This document shows, piece by piece, positions 20,584 to 30,332 of a stretch of DNA of 64,000 nt. The notes under the pieces were generated by a model. It ran no database searches. It saw only the letters and a list, made by a program, of their open reading frames with translations, and was not told the origin of the DNA. This stretch comes from Vulcanimicrobiales bacterium. Lineage in GTDB: Bacteria > Vulcanimicrobiota > Vulcanimicrobiia > Vulcanimicrobiales > Vulcanimicrobiaceae. A program made the translations under genes and the position numbers. How positions within the stretch are numbered: the first letter of the stretch is position 1; each line of letters opens with the position of its first letter. The stretch covers positions 1-64,000 of the forward strand of contig JBBRLI010000006.1 in the NCBI GenBank assembly GCA_038231455.1, read 5' to 3'.

Positions 20584-20801
20584 TGAGCGATCTGAAAAAC
20601 GACCTCAAGAGTGTGGGCGACGAGATGAAGAATCGCGTCGCCGCGGGTGCTGAGAAGGCAGATCGCGCCGTTGCCGGCGACGAAATGGCGGTCGGCGACC
20701 GCATCGCATCGCATGTCAAAGAAGCCGGCCACAACATCAAGGCGGAATTTGACAAAGGCGAACGCGAAGCTCGCCACGGTGCCGACGAAGAAACCAAGTA
20801 A
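20583..20801 (+). CDS. Small hydrophilic stress-type protein (CsbD/LEA-like character)
   Basis: Coupled TAATG start; highly charged amphipathic 72 aa. Confidence 0.65.
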   Translation: MSDLKNDLKSVGDEMKNRVAAGAEKADRAVAGDEMAVGDRIASHVKEAGHNIKAEFDKGEREARHGADEETK

Positions 20802-22431
20802 GGCGGATCCGCTCGCGGAGTACGCGCGTAAGCGCGACTTTGGAGCGACTCCGGAACCTTCGGCAAACAAACGCAGCGCGTCGCAGACGGCGCTGCGTTT
20901 TGTCATCCAGAAGCACCGCGCCTCGCGGCTGCACTATGATTTCCGACTCGAAGCGGGCGGCGTGCTCGCCTCCTGGGCTGTTCCCAAAGGCCCCTCGCGC
21001 GATCCGACCGAGAAGCGGCTGGCCATGCACGTTGAGGATCATCCGTACGACTACCGCGATTTCGAAGGCATTATTCCGAGCGGTAATTATGGCGCGGGTG
21101 AGGTGATCGTGTGGGACCGGGGCACGTACCGGCTCGCCGAAGGCAGCGATCCCGTCGCCGAGATCGCCGCGGGCAAAATCAAGTTCGTTCTCACCGGCAA
21201 AAAATTGCACGGCATGTGGACGCTCGTGCGCATCAAGCATCGGAGCGGCGAAGACGGCGACCCCTGGTTGCTGATTAAAGATCACGACGACGGCGTCGAT
21301 GCCACCTGGGATATCGACGCGCATGCAGAGTCCGTGAAGTCCGGCAAGACGCTTGCCGATCTTGCCAAAGCGAAATCCCCGAAAACGTGGAAAAGCGATC
21401 GACCGGCAGCGGTAAGCGCGGAACCCAAACGCGCGCGCTTGCGGGCTGCCGCGAAACGCGAGCCGCTGCCGCGCGATCCAAAACCAATGCTCGCAACGCT
21501 CGCCGATGCGCCGTTCGACGATCCGGCCTGGCTTTTCGAACTCAAATGGGACGGCTATCGCGCGATCGCCACGATCGATGCCGACGGCAAGGTCGATCTG
21601 CGCTCGCGGAACGGGAAAGATCTGCTCGGTCAGTTTGGTGAACTTGCGGACCTCGGCGCTGCATTCGCATCGCTGCCAATCGTCGTTGACGGCGAAGTCG
21701 TCATGCTCGACGAGCATGGCCGCTCGTCGTTTCAAGCACTGCAGTCGCGCGATAAGCGCTTCGCGAAAGGCAAGCCAACGTCGGCGGCCGGCGTCACGTT
21801 TGTTGCATTCGATGCGCTTTATGCGGATGGCCGAAATCTGCGCGACGAACCGCTCGAGGAACGCAAGAAGCAACTCGAGGCGCTGATCGTTCCCGGTCAC
21901 CGGGTGATGTTTTCCAAACACGTCATCGGCACCGGTACGCAGCTGTACGAACTCGTCGAGGCCCAAGGCATCGAAGGCATCGTCGCCAAGCAGCGGCGCT
22001 CGCCCTATCGCGGAACGCGCTCGCGCGAGTGGCTGAAGATCAAAGCAGCGAAACGCCAAGAATTCGTCATCGGCGGTTGGACGGAACCGCGCGGCAGCCG
22101 CAAAGGCTTCGGCGCGCTCTTGCTCGGCGTTTACGAGGGCAAAAAACTCGTGTATAGCGGCCACGTCGGCACCGGGTTCGATGCAAAATTGCTCGCCGGG
22201 ATCACCAAGGAACTGCACGCGAACGCAAGCGCTGACTCTCCGTTTGTCGAGACGCCGAAAACGAACACGCCCGCACATTTTGTCAAACCCAAATTAGTAG
22301 CCGAGATCAAGTTCACCGAATGGACGCACGATGCGCTCTTGCGCCATCCGGTGTTTCTCGGACTACGCTCCGATAAGAAGGCCACAAGTGTCGTGCGCGA
22401 GCGGGAAACCGCCGCGACGGAGCGAGACTGA
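20779..22431 (+). CDS. ligD: NHEJ DNA ligase D, phosphoesterase + ligase domains
   Basis: YARKRDF..TPEP, FVIQKHRASRLHYDFRLE, SWAVPKGPS; FELKWDGYRA (adenylated Lys), EGIVAK, WLKIK; start GTG 20779 inferred. Confidence 0.92.
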   Translation: MPTKKPSKADPLAEYARKRDFGATPEPSANKRSASQTALRFVIQKHRASRLHYDFRLEAGGVLASWAVPKGPSRDPTEKRLAMHVEDHPYDYRDFEGIIPSGNYGAGEVIVWDRGTYRLAEGSDPVAEIAAGKIKFVLTGKKLHGMWTLVRIKHRSGEDGDPWLLIKDHDDGVDATWDIDAHAESVKSGKTLADLAKAKSPKTWKSDRPAAVSAEPKRARLRAAAKREPLPRDPKPMLATLADAPFDDPAWLFELKWDGYRAIATIDADGKVDLRSRNGKDLLGQFGELADLGAAFASLPIVVDGEVVMLDEHGRSSFQALQSRDKRFAKGKPTSAAGVTFVAFDALYADGRNLRDEPLEERKKQLEALIVPGHRVMFSKHVIGTGTQLYELVEAQGIEGIVAKQRRSPYRGTRSREWLKIKAAKRQEFVIGGWTEPRGSRKGFGALLLGVYEGKKLVYSGHVGTGFDAKLLAGITKELHANASADSPFVETPKTNTPAHFVKPKLVAEIKFTEWTHDALLRHPVFLGLRSDKKATSVVRERETAATERD

Positions 22432-23390
22432 TGCCGAACGCGCCACGAACGACACTCGAGGTTGCTGGACGCTCGCTTTCGATCTCCAATATCGATAAGG
22501 TGCTGTGGCCGCGCGACGGTTTTACCAAAGGCGATTTGATCGCATACTACCGCGCGGTCGCGCCCTACATCGTGCCCTATTTGCAGGGCCGCCCGCTGAC
22601 GCTCGAGCGATTCCCCGATGGGATCGACGGCGAAGCCTGGTGGGAGAAAAACGCCCACCGCCGACTTCCCGCGTGGATCCCTACGATTTCCGTCCCCTCG
22701 AGCGGCGGCCGACACGACGCGATTGCATTCATGGTGTGCAACGATGAGCCCACACTCGTCTACGTCGCAAATCTCGCGGGGATCGTGCTGCACGTGTGGA
22801 CCTCACGCGAGCCGACGCTCGACGTGCCCGATTTCATCTTGTTCGATCTCGATCCGTGGGAAGGCTGTACGCTTGCGAACCTCGCGACCGTCGCTCTTGC
22901 CTTCCGCGACGCGCTCCAAGAGATCGGCCTGAGGCCGCTCGTGAAGACAACGGGCGGCTCGGGCTTTCACGTGCTCATTCCACTTGAGGCGCATTACGAC
23001 TACGACCTCATCAAAGGCTTCGGCGAACTGATCGCCCACCGGATCCATGGGCTTTTGCCGGAGCGTACCACACTCGAGCGCATGACGAAAAAGCGCCCGG
23101 CCGGAACGGTGTATTTGGATTGGGTCCAGGTTGGAAAGGGCAAGACGCTCGTCGCCCCCTTTAGCGTGCGTGCACGCGACGGGGCACCCGTCTCCATGCC
23201 GCTGAACTGGGACGCGGTCGATGCGATGCGTCGAAAGCGCGCCAAAGAGACCGAACCGGAGATGCTCCGCTGGACGATTAAAAATGTTCCGGGGCTCCTG
23301 GCAAAAGACGGCGACCCGTGGGTAGACGGGTGGAAGCCGCAACGGCTCGAAGCGGCCCTCAAGAACGCTCGCTCGCTCTGGAGTACCTAA
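22431..23390 (+). CDS. NHEJ LigD polymerase/primase domain, stand-alone
   Basis: SNIDKVLWP, TKGDLIAYY, RFPDGI, FDLDP, KTTGGSGFH, APFSVRAR. Confidence 0.92.
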   Translation: MPNAPRTTLEVAGRSLSISNIDKVLWPRDGFTKGDLIAYYRAVAPYIVPYLQGRPLTLERFPDGIDGEAWWEKNAHRRLPAWIPTISVPSSGGRHDAIAFMVCNDEPTLVYVANLAGIVLHVWTSREPTLDVPDFILFDLDPWEGCTLANLATVALAFRDALQEIGLRPLVKTTGGSGFHVLIPLEAHYDYDLIKGFGELIAHRIHGLLPERTTLERMTKKRPAGTVYLDWVQVGKGKTLVAPFSVRARDGAPVSMPLNWDAVDAMRRKRAKETEPEMLRWTIKNVPGLLAKDGDPWVDGWKPQRLEAALKNARSLWST

Positions 23391-24298
23391 TGGCTCACGC
23401 GATCTGGTCCGGCGCAATCAACTTCGGCCTCGTGACGATCCCGGTCAAACTGTTCACGGCCGTGCGGACGAACGATCTGCGCTTCAATTTCTTGCACAAG
23501 AAAGACGAGGGCCGGATCAATAATATCCGGCGCTGCAGCGTCTGCGGCGAAGAGGTCGCGTTCGCCGATCTCGTGCGCGGTTTCGAGTACGAAAAAGGCA
23601 ACTACGTTATCGTCACGGACGACGACTTCAAGCGCGTCAACATCGAGGCGACGCAGTCGGTCGATATCATGGAGTTCGTCGAACTCGATCAGATCGATCC
23701 GATGTTTTTCGATACGCCGTACTATTTGGAACCCGAGAAAAAAGGCCGCCACGCCTATGCGCTCTTACGCGAGTCGCTCCGCGAGGCAAACAAAGTTGGC
23801 ATCGCGCGCGTCGTGATCCGTTCGCGCGAGCATCTCGCGGCGCTCAAACCCTCGGGCGAGGCGCTCGTGCTCGAGTTGATGCACTACGCCGATGAGATCG
23901 TCGATCAGAGCGACTTCGACTTTCCCGCGCTCAAAGAAGACGTCGCACCGGCGGAACTCAAAGTAGCAAAAATGCTGATCGATTCGATGAGTTCGGAGAC
24001 CTTCGAACCCGCGCAATTCCACGACAAGTACAAAGAAGAGATCATGGCCATGATCGAAGCGCGCGCGGCGGGCAAAGATCTGCCGGTCGCCGTCGGCAAA
24101 GCGCCCAAGGTCAGCAACGTGGTCAATATCATGGATATGCTGCAGCGTAGTTTGGAAGAATCCGCCGGAAAGCGCGATGCTCGTGCAAGCGGTACCGCAA
24201 CGAAGGCCGCCGCGAAAAAATCGGCGACCCAGAAGGCAAGCGCGAAGAAAGCCGAACCCGAAAAGCCCGCCGCCAAACCCAAACGCAAAACGGCATAA
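23390..24298 (+). CDS. ku: NHEJ DNA end-binding protein Ku with basic tail
   Basis: AIWSGAINFGLVTIPVKL, GFEYEKGNYV, PYYLEP, VVNIMDMLQRSL. Confidence 0.95.
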   Translation: MAHAIWSGAINFGLVTIPVKLFTAVRTNDLRFNFLHKKDEGRINNIRRCSVCGEEVAFADLVRGFEYEKGNYVIVTDDDFKRVNIEATQSVDIMEFVELDQIDPMFFDTPYYLEPEKKGRHAYALLRESLREANKVGIARVVIRSREHLAALKPSGEALVLELMHYADEIVDQSDFDFPALKEDVAPAELKVAKMLIDSMSSETFEPAQFHDKYKEEIMAMIEARAAGKDLPVAVGKAPKVSNVVNIMDMLQRSLEESAGKRDARASGTATKAAAKKSATQKASAKKAEPEKPAAKPKRKTA

Positions 24299-24335
24299 GA
24301 AAAAGCCCGCTGCTGAAAGCTGCGGGCTTTTTCTT
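24297..24335. terminator. Bidirectional intrinsic terminator between ku and HU
   Basis: aagaaaaagcccgc...gcgggctttttctt inverted repeat flanked by A/T tracts. Confidence 0.85.
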
Positions 24336-24347
24336 GACCGGAAATGA

Positions 24348-24773
24348 TTAGCGGCGGGTTTTCTTTGCTGCCGTTTTCTTCTTGGCCGGAGCGGCTTTCT
24401 TTGCCGGGGCCTTCTTGGCGGCGGTTTTCTTCGCAGGCGCGCTCTTCTTCGCTGCGGTTTTCTTGGCTGCGGGTTTCGAGGCGGCCGAACCCGGGCGCTT
24501 CGATGCAACGGCGTCTTTGAGCGGTTTGCCGGCGGTGAATTTCAACACACGCTTTGCAGCGATCTTGATGGCCTCGCCGGTCGCCGGATTGCGGCCCATG
24601 CGCGCCGCGCGATCGCGGATCTTGAACTGGCCGAAGGGCGCGAGCTGCACTTTATCGCCGCTCTTGAGTACGTCCGTCATTTTCTCGAGCATTGCCTCGA
24701 TCATTTCGGCGACTTGCTTGCGGGGAAGTTCGTGCTCTTCTGCGAGTTCGCGCACGAGTTCTGCTTTGGTCAT
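24348..24773 (-). CDS. hup: HU family nucleoid protein with AKK-repeat C-terminal tail
   Basis: MTKAELV, FGQFKIRDRAARMGRNPATGEAIKI; tail of PAKK/AAKK repeats; TATACT -10 upstream. Confidence 0.93.
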   Translation of the reverse strand: MTKAELVRELAEEHELPRKQVAEMIEAMLEKMTDVLKSGDKVQLAPFGQFKIRDRAARMGRNPATGEAIKIAAKRVLKFTAGKPLKDAVASKRPGSAASKPAAKKTAAKKSAPAKKTAAKKAPAKKAAPAKKKTAAKKTRR

Positions 24774-24895
24774 TATGTCCTTTCGGAAAAAGCTCGGCTC
24801 ACGATAAGTATACGGGAGTCGTTTGCCGCTCCATACGCTATGCGCTAAGTAAATACTGCTGATTTTTCGATGAAAAAGACGGTATTTTCAAGGCC

Positions 24896-26077
24896 TTAAG
24901 CTTCAGCCTCGACGGCGACGGCGTCGAGCGGCGGCGACTTTGTTTGCGTTAACCCGAGCGCAAGTGCGCCCAGGGTAAAGAGTCCGGAGATTCCGGCGGT
25001 GGCGGCAACCCCATACCATTCGAGCGCGCCGGTGGATATCGTGGGCATCACGATCCCCGAACCCGAGTCGAGCGACGAGCCGACGCCCAGAATCGTGCCG
25101 CGCTGATTCTCCGGTGCGGCATCCGTCATGAGCGCTGCGAGCGTCGCGTTATTGATCGAAAGTCCGAACGCGAAGAAGAGCAGCATCACAAAACCGGTGT
25201 AGATGTTATGGATGAACGGCACGATGCCGAAGGCGATCAAACACGCGACGAGTCCGAGATTTGATGCGCGCCGGTCACCCAGCGCATCGGTGATGCGGCC
25301 GACGACGCCGAGCTGAACGACGATGCTGATCACGCCGAATCCGGCGAAAAAATAACTCGCGGTGGATTCGTTCAGCCCGAGTTGGCGCTGCAGGATCAGC
25401 GTGAACGCCGCGAACCATCCGTAGAGGCCGAGCGACCAAATCAGTTTTTGAAAGAGCACGGGCGAGAGCTTTTTGTCGCCGAGCGAGCGGACGATATCGC
25501 GGAAGCCCGCGGTGTCTTGTTGGTCTTCTTTGGAGCGCGACTCCGGCAGCATGACGAGCGTGAGCACCAGCGTCAGCAATTGGAGGCCGGCAGCGGCGAG
25601 GAACGGCGCGGTGTATCCGTATTTGCTAACGAGCAGTCCGCCGAAGGCCGGGCCGAACACGATGCCTGCGCTGAAGGCGGCACCCACGTAGGAAAACGCT
25701 CGCGCGCGCTGCTCCGGCGCAACGAGATCGGAGACGTACGCCTGCGTGACGCTGATATTGCCGCCGCTCACCCCCTCGACGATGCGCGCGGCAAAAACCC
25801 AGCCGATGGTGGGTGCGAACGCGAGCATGGTCCAACCGACGGTCGCGCCGATTTGACTCACGACGAGCACCATCTTGCGGCCGATCCGGTCGCTCACGTT
25901 GCCCCAGATCGGCCCCGCGATAAACTGGCAGATCGCAAATGTCGAGAATAGCAAACCGACCACCACGACCGGCGCGCCGAAATGCTGTACGTAATACGGC
26001 ATGAGCGGTAGGAGAATGCTGAAGCCGAGAATGTCGATGAACGTGATACCGAGGATCGGTAGCAGCCGGACGATCAC
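24896..26077 (-). CDS. MFS transporter, DHA1/TetA-like
   Basis: IDILGFSILLP, GNVSDRIGRK (motif A), GPAFGG. Confidence 0.9.
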   Translation of the reverse strand: MIVRLLPILGITFIDILGFSILLPLMPYYVQHFGAPVVVVGLLFSTFAICQFIAGPIWGNVSDRIGRKMVLVVSQIGATVGWTMLAFAPTIGWVFAARIVEGVSGGNISVTQAYVSDLVAPEQRARAFSYVGAAFSAGIVFGPAFGGLLVSKYGYTAPFLAAAGLQLLTLVLTLVMLPESRSKEDQQDTAGFRDIVRSLGDKKLSPVLFQKLIWSLGLYGWFAAFTLILQRQLGLNESTASYFFAGFGVISIVVQLGVVGRITDALGDRRASNLGLVACLIAFGIVPFIHNIYTGFVMLLFFAFGLSINNATLAALMTDAAPENQRGTILGVGSSLDSGSGIVMPTISTGALEWYGVAATAGISGLFTLGALALGLTQTKSPPLDAVAVEAEA

Positions 26078-26925
26078 GCGGTCACCTTTTCCAGAGCGTA
26101 GCCGATCATCCGATCGCGTAGACCGCTAGGCAGCATCGTGAGCGCGATTTGCGCTCGTGCATCGGTGCCGATTACATACCGCGTTTTCGGTCGACGCGCG
26201 ACGAGCGCGTGCTCGACGGCCTCGGCGACGCGCGCGGCGGGAATCGCTCGTTTCGCAATCCCGGCGATGATCTTTGCCATTGCCGCCTCGATCGGTGCGT
26301 ACAGTTCGCGCATTCCCGGATCGTAGCGTTGCGCGCGGGCGCTGCCGTCGGTCTGCGCTTTGTCCCAAATCGGCGTATCGATTGCACCCGGCTCGAGCAG
26401 CGCGACGGCGATATCGAAGGGTGCGAGTTCGACGCGCAGCGCATCGCTGATCGCCTCGACGGCAAATTTGCTGGCCGAATACGGTGCCAGAAAAGGCGCC
26501 GCGAAGCGGCCGGAGACCGAACCAATATTCACGATGCGCCCGATCGATTGGCGCAAGAGCGGCAAGAACGCCTGCGTGACGGCGACGAGTCCAATTACGT
26601 TGATCTCAAATTGCTTGCGCAGATCCTCGATGGCGATCGCTTCGAGTGGCCCGCCGACGACGATCCCGGCGTTGTTCACCAGGCCATAGAGCCCGCGTCC
26701 CGCCGTTTGGATCTGCGCGCGTGCAGCGGCAATAGCAGCCGCATCACAGACCTCGACGATCACCGGGGTACAGGCAGCGCCAAGTTCGCCCGCAATGCGT
26801 GCGCCGTCAGCGTCGCTGCGCACCCCGGCGTAGACGTGAAAACCCGCACTCACGAGTTGCCGGGCGGCGGCAGCACCGATCCCACTCGAACAACCCGTAA
26901 TCAAAACCGCTTTGCGCTCTACCAT
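26074..26925 (-). CDS. Short-chain dehydrogenase/reductase
   Basis: ITGCSSGIG, VNNAG, YSASK. Confidence 0.92.
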   Translation of the reverse strand: MVERKAVLITGCSSGIGAAAARQLVSAGFHVYAGVRSDADGARIAGELGAACTPVIVEVCDAAAIAAARAQIQTAGRGLYGLVNNAGIVVGGPLEAIAIEDLRKQFEINVIGLVAVTQAFLPLLRQSIGRIVNIGSVSGRFAAPFLAPYSASKFAVEAISDALRVELAPFDIAVALLEPGAIDTPIWDKAQTDGSARAQRYDPGMRELYAPIEAAMAKIIAGIAKRAIPAARVAEAVEHALVARRPKTRYVIGTDARAQIALTMLPSGLRDRMIGYALEKVTA

Positions 26926-27099
26926 CCCGCCTACGAACCCCGGGCTTCCATCAATCGCTTCACGGTTTCGCATTGCCGCGGGGACTCGGGGTCCGCCTAC
27001 GCCTCTTGCCGAACGACACGGCGTGCTTCGCGTGATTCGATACCGGAACAATGCTTCGCGTGCTCGGCGCGATCGGCTCCGCAAATAGCAATCTCAAAG

Positions 27100-27258
27100 C
27101 TGAGAAAGACCGGCGGCCCGCGGTCGTGTTACAAGCAGAACGGCGCTCCCAAAGCCGCATTCGCGACAAAGAAAGCCGCCGAGCGCGCAATTCCCGCGTC
27201 GAGCACAAGCTTGACCGCCTATCGATGCGACGTTCATGGCTGGCACCTCGGACATTAA
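27100..27258 (+). CDS. Putative small Cys/His protein (start uncertain, CTG 27100?)
   Basis: SCYKQ...KAAFATKKAAERA...AYRCDVHGWHLGH; stop overlaps the RND stop (TTAA). Confidence 0.4.
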   Translation: MRKTGGPRSCYKQNGAPKAAFATKKAAERAIPASSTSLTAYRCDVHGWHLGH

Positions 27259-30200
27259 GAAGCGCCGACGAAGCTGGAGCCTCGATCGATCGCCTCCGAC
27301 GTCGATTCGGTCGTGCGCGTGCCGACGAGTCGATAGATCGCCGGGATTACGATCAAGGTCATAATCATCGATCCGGAGAGACCGAAGATCACGGCCCAGC
27401 AGAACGGCCGCCAAAGCGATTGTGCGGAGAACGCTAGCGGTAAGAGGCCGGCGATTGAAGCGATGACGGTAAGGAGAATTGGACGCAGACGTTTGGTGCC
27501 GGCGACGATGAGTGCACGTTCCATCGGCAAGCCGCTCGCCATCTCACGTTTCGCGTATTCGAAGAGCACGATTGCGTGGTTGGTCACAATGCCGCCGAGA
27601 CTCGAGATGCCAAGGGAGGCCACGAAACCGAAATGCTGACCCATGATCGCAAGTCCCGCAATCGCGCCGACAAGACCAAGCGGTACGGCCGCAAGGACCA
27701 CGAGCGAGAGGCGCAGCGTGCGGAATTCGAAGAGCAACACCATTTGATTGATCAAGAGACCGACGATGACCGCAACGAGCAAGTTCGTAAACGATTTGGT
27801 CGTCTGTTCGTCTTCGCCCGCGTAGGCGATTGTGATGCCGGGCGGCAGGGCCGGAATCGACCGGCGGAACTCGGCAAGCACGTCGCTTGCGAGGCGGCCG
27901 TCGACATCACCGAGGACGGAAACGACCGGGATGCCATCGCGCAAGGTCGCGACGGAAGTTTGCGTACGCGGAGCGAGCGTCGCAAATTCCGCGAGCGGAA
28001 CGGCGCGGCCGTCGCGCGTTCGCACGCTTAGCGCGCCGAACGCGGCGATATCGGTACGCTGCCCGGGGGGCAGGCGGACGACGACCGGCGTTTGGCGATC
28101 GCGTTCGCGAATCTGCGTCGCCGTCATCCCGCCGAACGCGAGCGCGACGAGTTCGCCGACCGCGCGATCGTCGACGCCGATGCTCGCAGCGCGCGCATCG
28201 TCGATCGTTGCATCGAGCTTCGTCGTCGGTTCCCCGAGCGACGTGCGAACGTTGACGGCGCCGCGGACTTTCGCGAGGCGTGTTTCGAGCGCCATCGCAC
28301 CGAGGGCGAGCGCGCGGGGATCGCTGCCGGAGAGGCGCACCTGAATCGGCGCACCGACGGGCGGACCTTGTTCGAGCGCCTTGACCGTGATGCGTGCGCC
28401 GGGAATCGCTTTGATCCGTTCGCCGATCGCCGGGACGAGGCGGTTTGCGGCGGCGATATCGATCGTGTTGACGATGATTTGCGCGTAACTGGGCTTGGGC
28501 TGTTCGGAGGTCACGTTGTAGTAAAAGCGCGGAGCGCCGGCGCCGACGAACGTGCCGACGGTCGTGACACCGGGCGCGCGCACGACGATCGTTTCAACGG
28601 CGTGTGCGATGCGCTCGGTCGTGCGGATATCCGTTCCGTCCGCAGCATTGATTTCGATTTGAAATTGATCGCGATCGGCGCTCGGGAAAAATTGCACGCC
28701 GAGGTGTGGGATCCACATCGCCGCGGCGAGGACCGCGATCCCGGCGAGAGTTGCGGCGATGACCGGTCGGTGCAGTGCCGCCGTCGCGAGCGGGACGTAC
28801 CCACGCCGCACGGAGTCGAGCCCGCGGTCGAAGATGGCGCGCACGCCCGTCCGGGCGCTCGATGAGACGGCGAACCATTCGCCGAGAATCGGCGTAACGA
28901 AATATGCGACGACGAGCGACATCGCAAGCGAGATACACGTCACCACTCCTAAATCGCGCACGAAGTCGCCGACCGAGCCGCCCATCAAACGAAACGGCAA
29001 GAACGAAGACATCGCGACGAGCGTCGAGGTAAGCAGCGGCAACCAGAGCTCGCCGACGCCGCGCACGGCGGCTTCGGTCCGGTCGAGCCCCGCGCGCAGA
29101 TGGTGCTCGATATTGTCGATCGCGACGATCCCGGCATCGACGATGATCCCAAGTGAAATGATGAGCGCGAGTAAACTAATCTGATTGATGTCGATCGAGA
29201 GCAGCTTCATGCCGCCGAACGTCAGCACGATGGAGAGCACGACCGTGACGCCGACGAGTAGTCCGTTGCGTAGTCCCATGAAGAGCGCGACGAGCCCCGT
29301 TACGATAATTACGGCCAGCACGAGGTTGAGCGCGAAATCGCCGACGCGCGCGTCAACGGTCTTCGGCTGATCGGCGATCATCGCGACATGAACGCTCGCC
29401 GGCCACGATGCGCGACGCGTATCGAGAAAACGGCGTACCTCGGGACCGAGTTCGGTAACCGACGAGGTTTCTTTTGCTTCGATCGCAAGCGCCACGCCCG
29501 GCGCGCCGTCGACGCGCACGAGTTCGGTTGGCGGATCGGGATAGGCGGTGCCGACGCGCGCAAGATCAGCGACCCGCACGATGCGTCCCTCGGTCGCGCG
29601 CACCGCGGTCTGCCCGACGTCGGTGCTGTTGCGTAGCGCGCGGCTCGGATCGACTTGGGCAAGGCGACCGCTCAGCGCGACCGCGCCGCTTGGGATGAGC
29701 GTATTGCGGGCCGCAAGGGCCGCCGTGAGGTCGCCGGCCGTGATGCCGTATTGAGTGAGCGCTGCGACATCGAGGTCGACGCTTACCTGCTGCTCCTGCG
29801 CGCCGACCAGATGCACGACGCCTACGTCCGGTAAGGCGGCGATCGCGTCGTTGAGATTCTTTGCGAAGTCGCGCAGCTCGCGCGGCGTTGCATCCGGCGC
29901 GCTGATCCCAACGATGATCGGATACGTCTTCCAGACATCCTCGACGAGGCCCGGCGCGGACGCGGCGCTTGGTAACTGCGCGCGTAAGTCATCGATGTGA
30001 TTGCGGACGTCGCGCAGCGGCGTATCGGCACTGTTGATCGTATCGTCGAAGACGACGGTCACAACCGAGATTCCGGGACGCGAGACGCCTTCGACGTGCT
30101 CGACGTGCGCTACACCGCGGATGTCTTCCGTAATTTTCTTGGTGACGAGCTGTTCGACGTTCTGCGTCGTTGCGCCGGCATACGTCGTGACGATCGCGGT

Positions 30201-30332
30201 CTGCCGCTGCGTCGTGCCGGGGTCTTCCCGGCGCTGCATACCGAGGCCGGCGAAGAGCGACCAGAAGATCGCAAGAACGAGCCCGGCGATGACCAAACTT
30301 TTGCGTTGGACGGCGAAGCGCGCGAGGTTCAT
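27255..30332 (-). CDS. RND efflux transporter permease (AcrB/CzcA family)
   Basis: 1025 aa; GIIVDAGIVAIDNI, RLRPILLT, two large periplasmic loops. Confidence 0.93.
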   Translation of the reverse strand: MNLARFAVQRKSLVIAGLVLAIFWSLFAGLGMQRREDPGTTQRQTAIVTTYAGATTQNVEQLVTKKITEDIRGVAHVEHVEGVSRPGISVVTVVFDDTINSADTPLRDVRNHIDDLRAQLPSAASAPGLVEDVWKTYPIIVGISAPDATPRELRDFAKNLNDAIAALPDVGVVHLVGAQEQQVSVDLDVAALTQYGITAGDLTAALAARNTLIPSGAVALSGRLAQVDPSRALRNSTDVGQTAVRATEGRIVRVADLARVGTAYPDPPTELVRVDGAPGVALAIEAKETSSVTELGPEVRRFLDTRRASWPASVHVAMIADQPKTVDARVGDFALNLVLAVIIVTGLVALFMGLRNGLLVGVTVVLSIVLTFGGMKLLSIDINQISLLALIISLGIIVDAGIVAIDNIEHHLRAGLDRTEAAVRGVGELWLPLLTSTLVAMSSFLPFRLMGGSVGDFVRDLGVVTCISLAMSLVVAYFVTPILGEWFAVSSSARTGVRAIFDRGLDSVRRGYVPLATAALHRPVIAATLAGIAVLAAAMWIPHLGVQFFPSADRDQFQIEINAADGTDIRTTERIAHAVETIVVRAPGVTTVGTFVGAGAPRFYYNVTSEQPKPSYAQIIVNTIDIAAANRLVPAIGERIKAIPGARITVKALEQGPPVGAPIQVRLSGSDPRALALGAMALETRLAKVRGAVNVRTSLGEPTTKLDATIDDARAASIGVDDRAVGELVALAFGGMTATQIRERDRQTPVVVRLPPGQRTDIAAFGALSVRTRDGRAVPLAEFATLAPRTQTSVATLRDGIPVVSVLGDVDGRLASDVLAEFRRSIPALPPGITIAYAGEDEQTTKSFTNLLVAVIVGLLINQMVLLFEFRTLRLSLVVLAAVPLGLVGAIAGLAIMGQHFGFVASLGISSLGGIVTNHAIVLFEYAKREMASGLPMERALIVAGTKRLRPILLTVIASIAGLLPLAFSAQSLWRPFCWAVIFGLSGSMIMTLIVIPAIYRLVGTRTTESTSEAIDRGSSFVGAS

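Noticed and set aside
9848-22278. Long antisense or alternate-frame ORFs (e.g. 9848..11446, 20737..22278)
   Set aside because: Shadow ORFs expected in GC-rich DNA opposite well-supported genes; no recognisable motifs.
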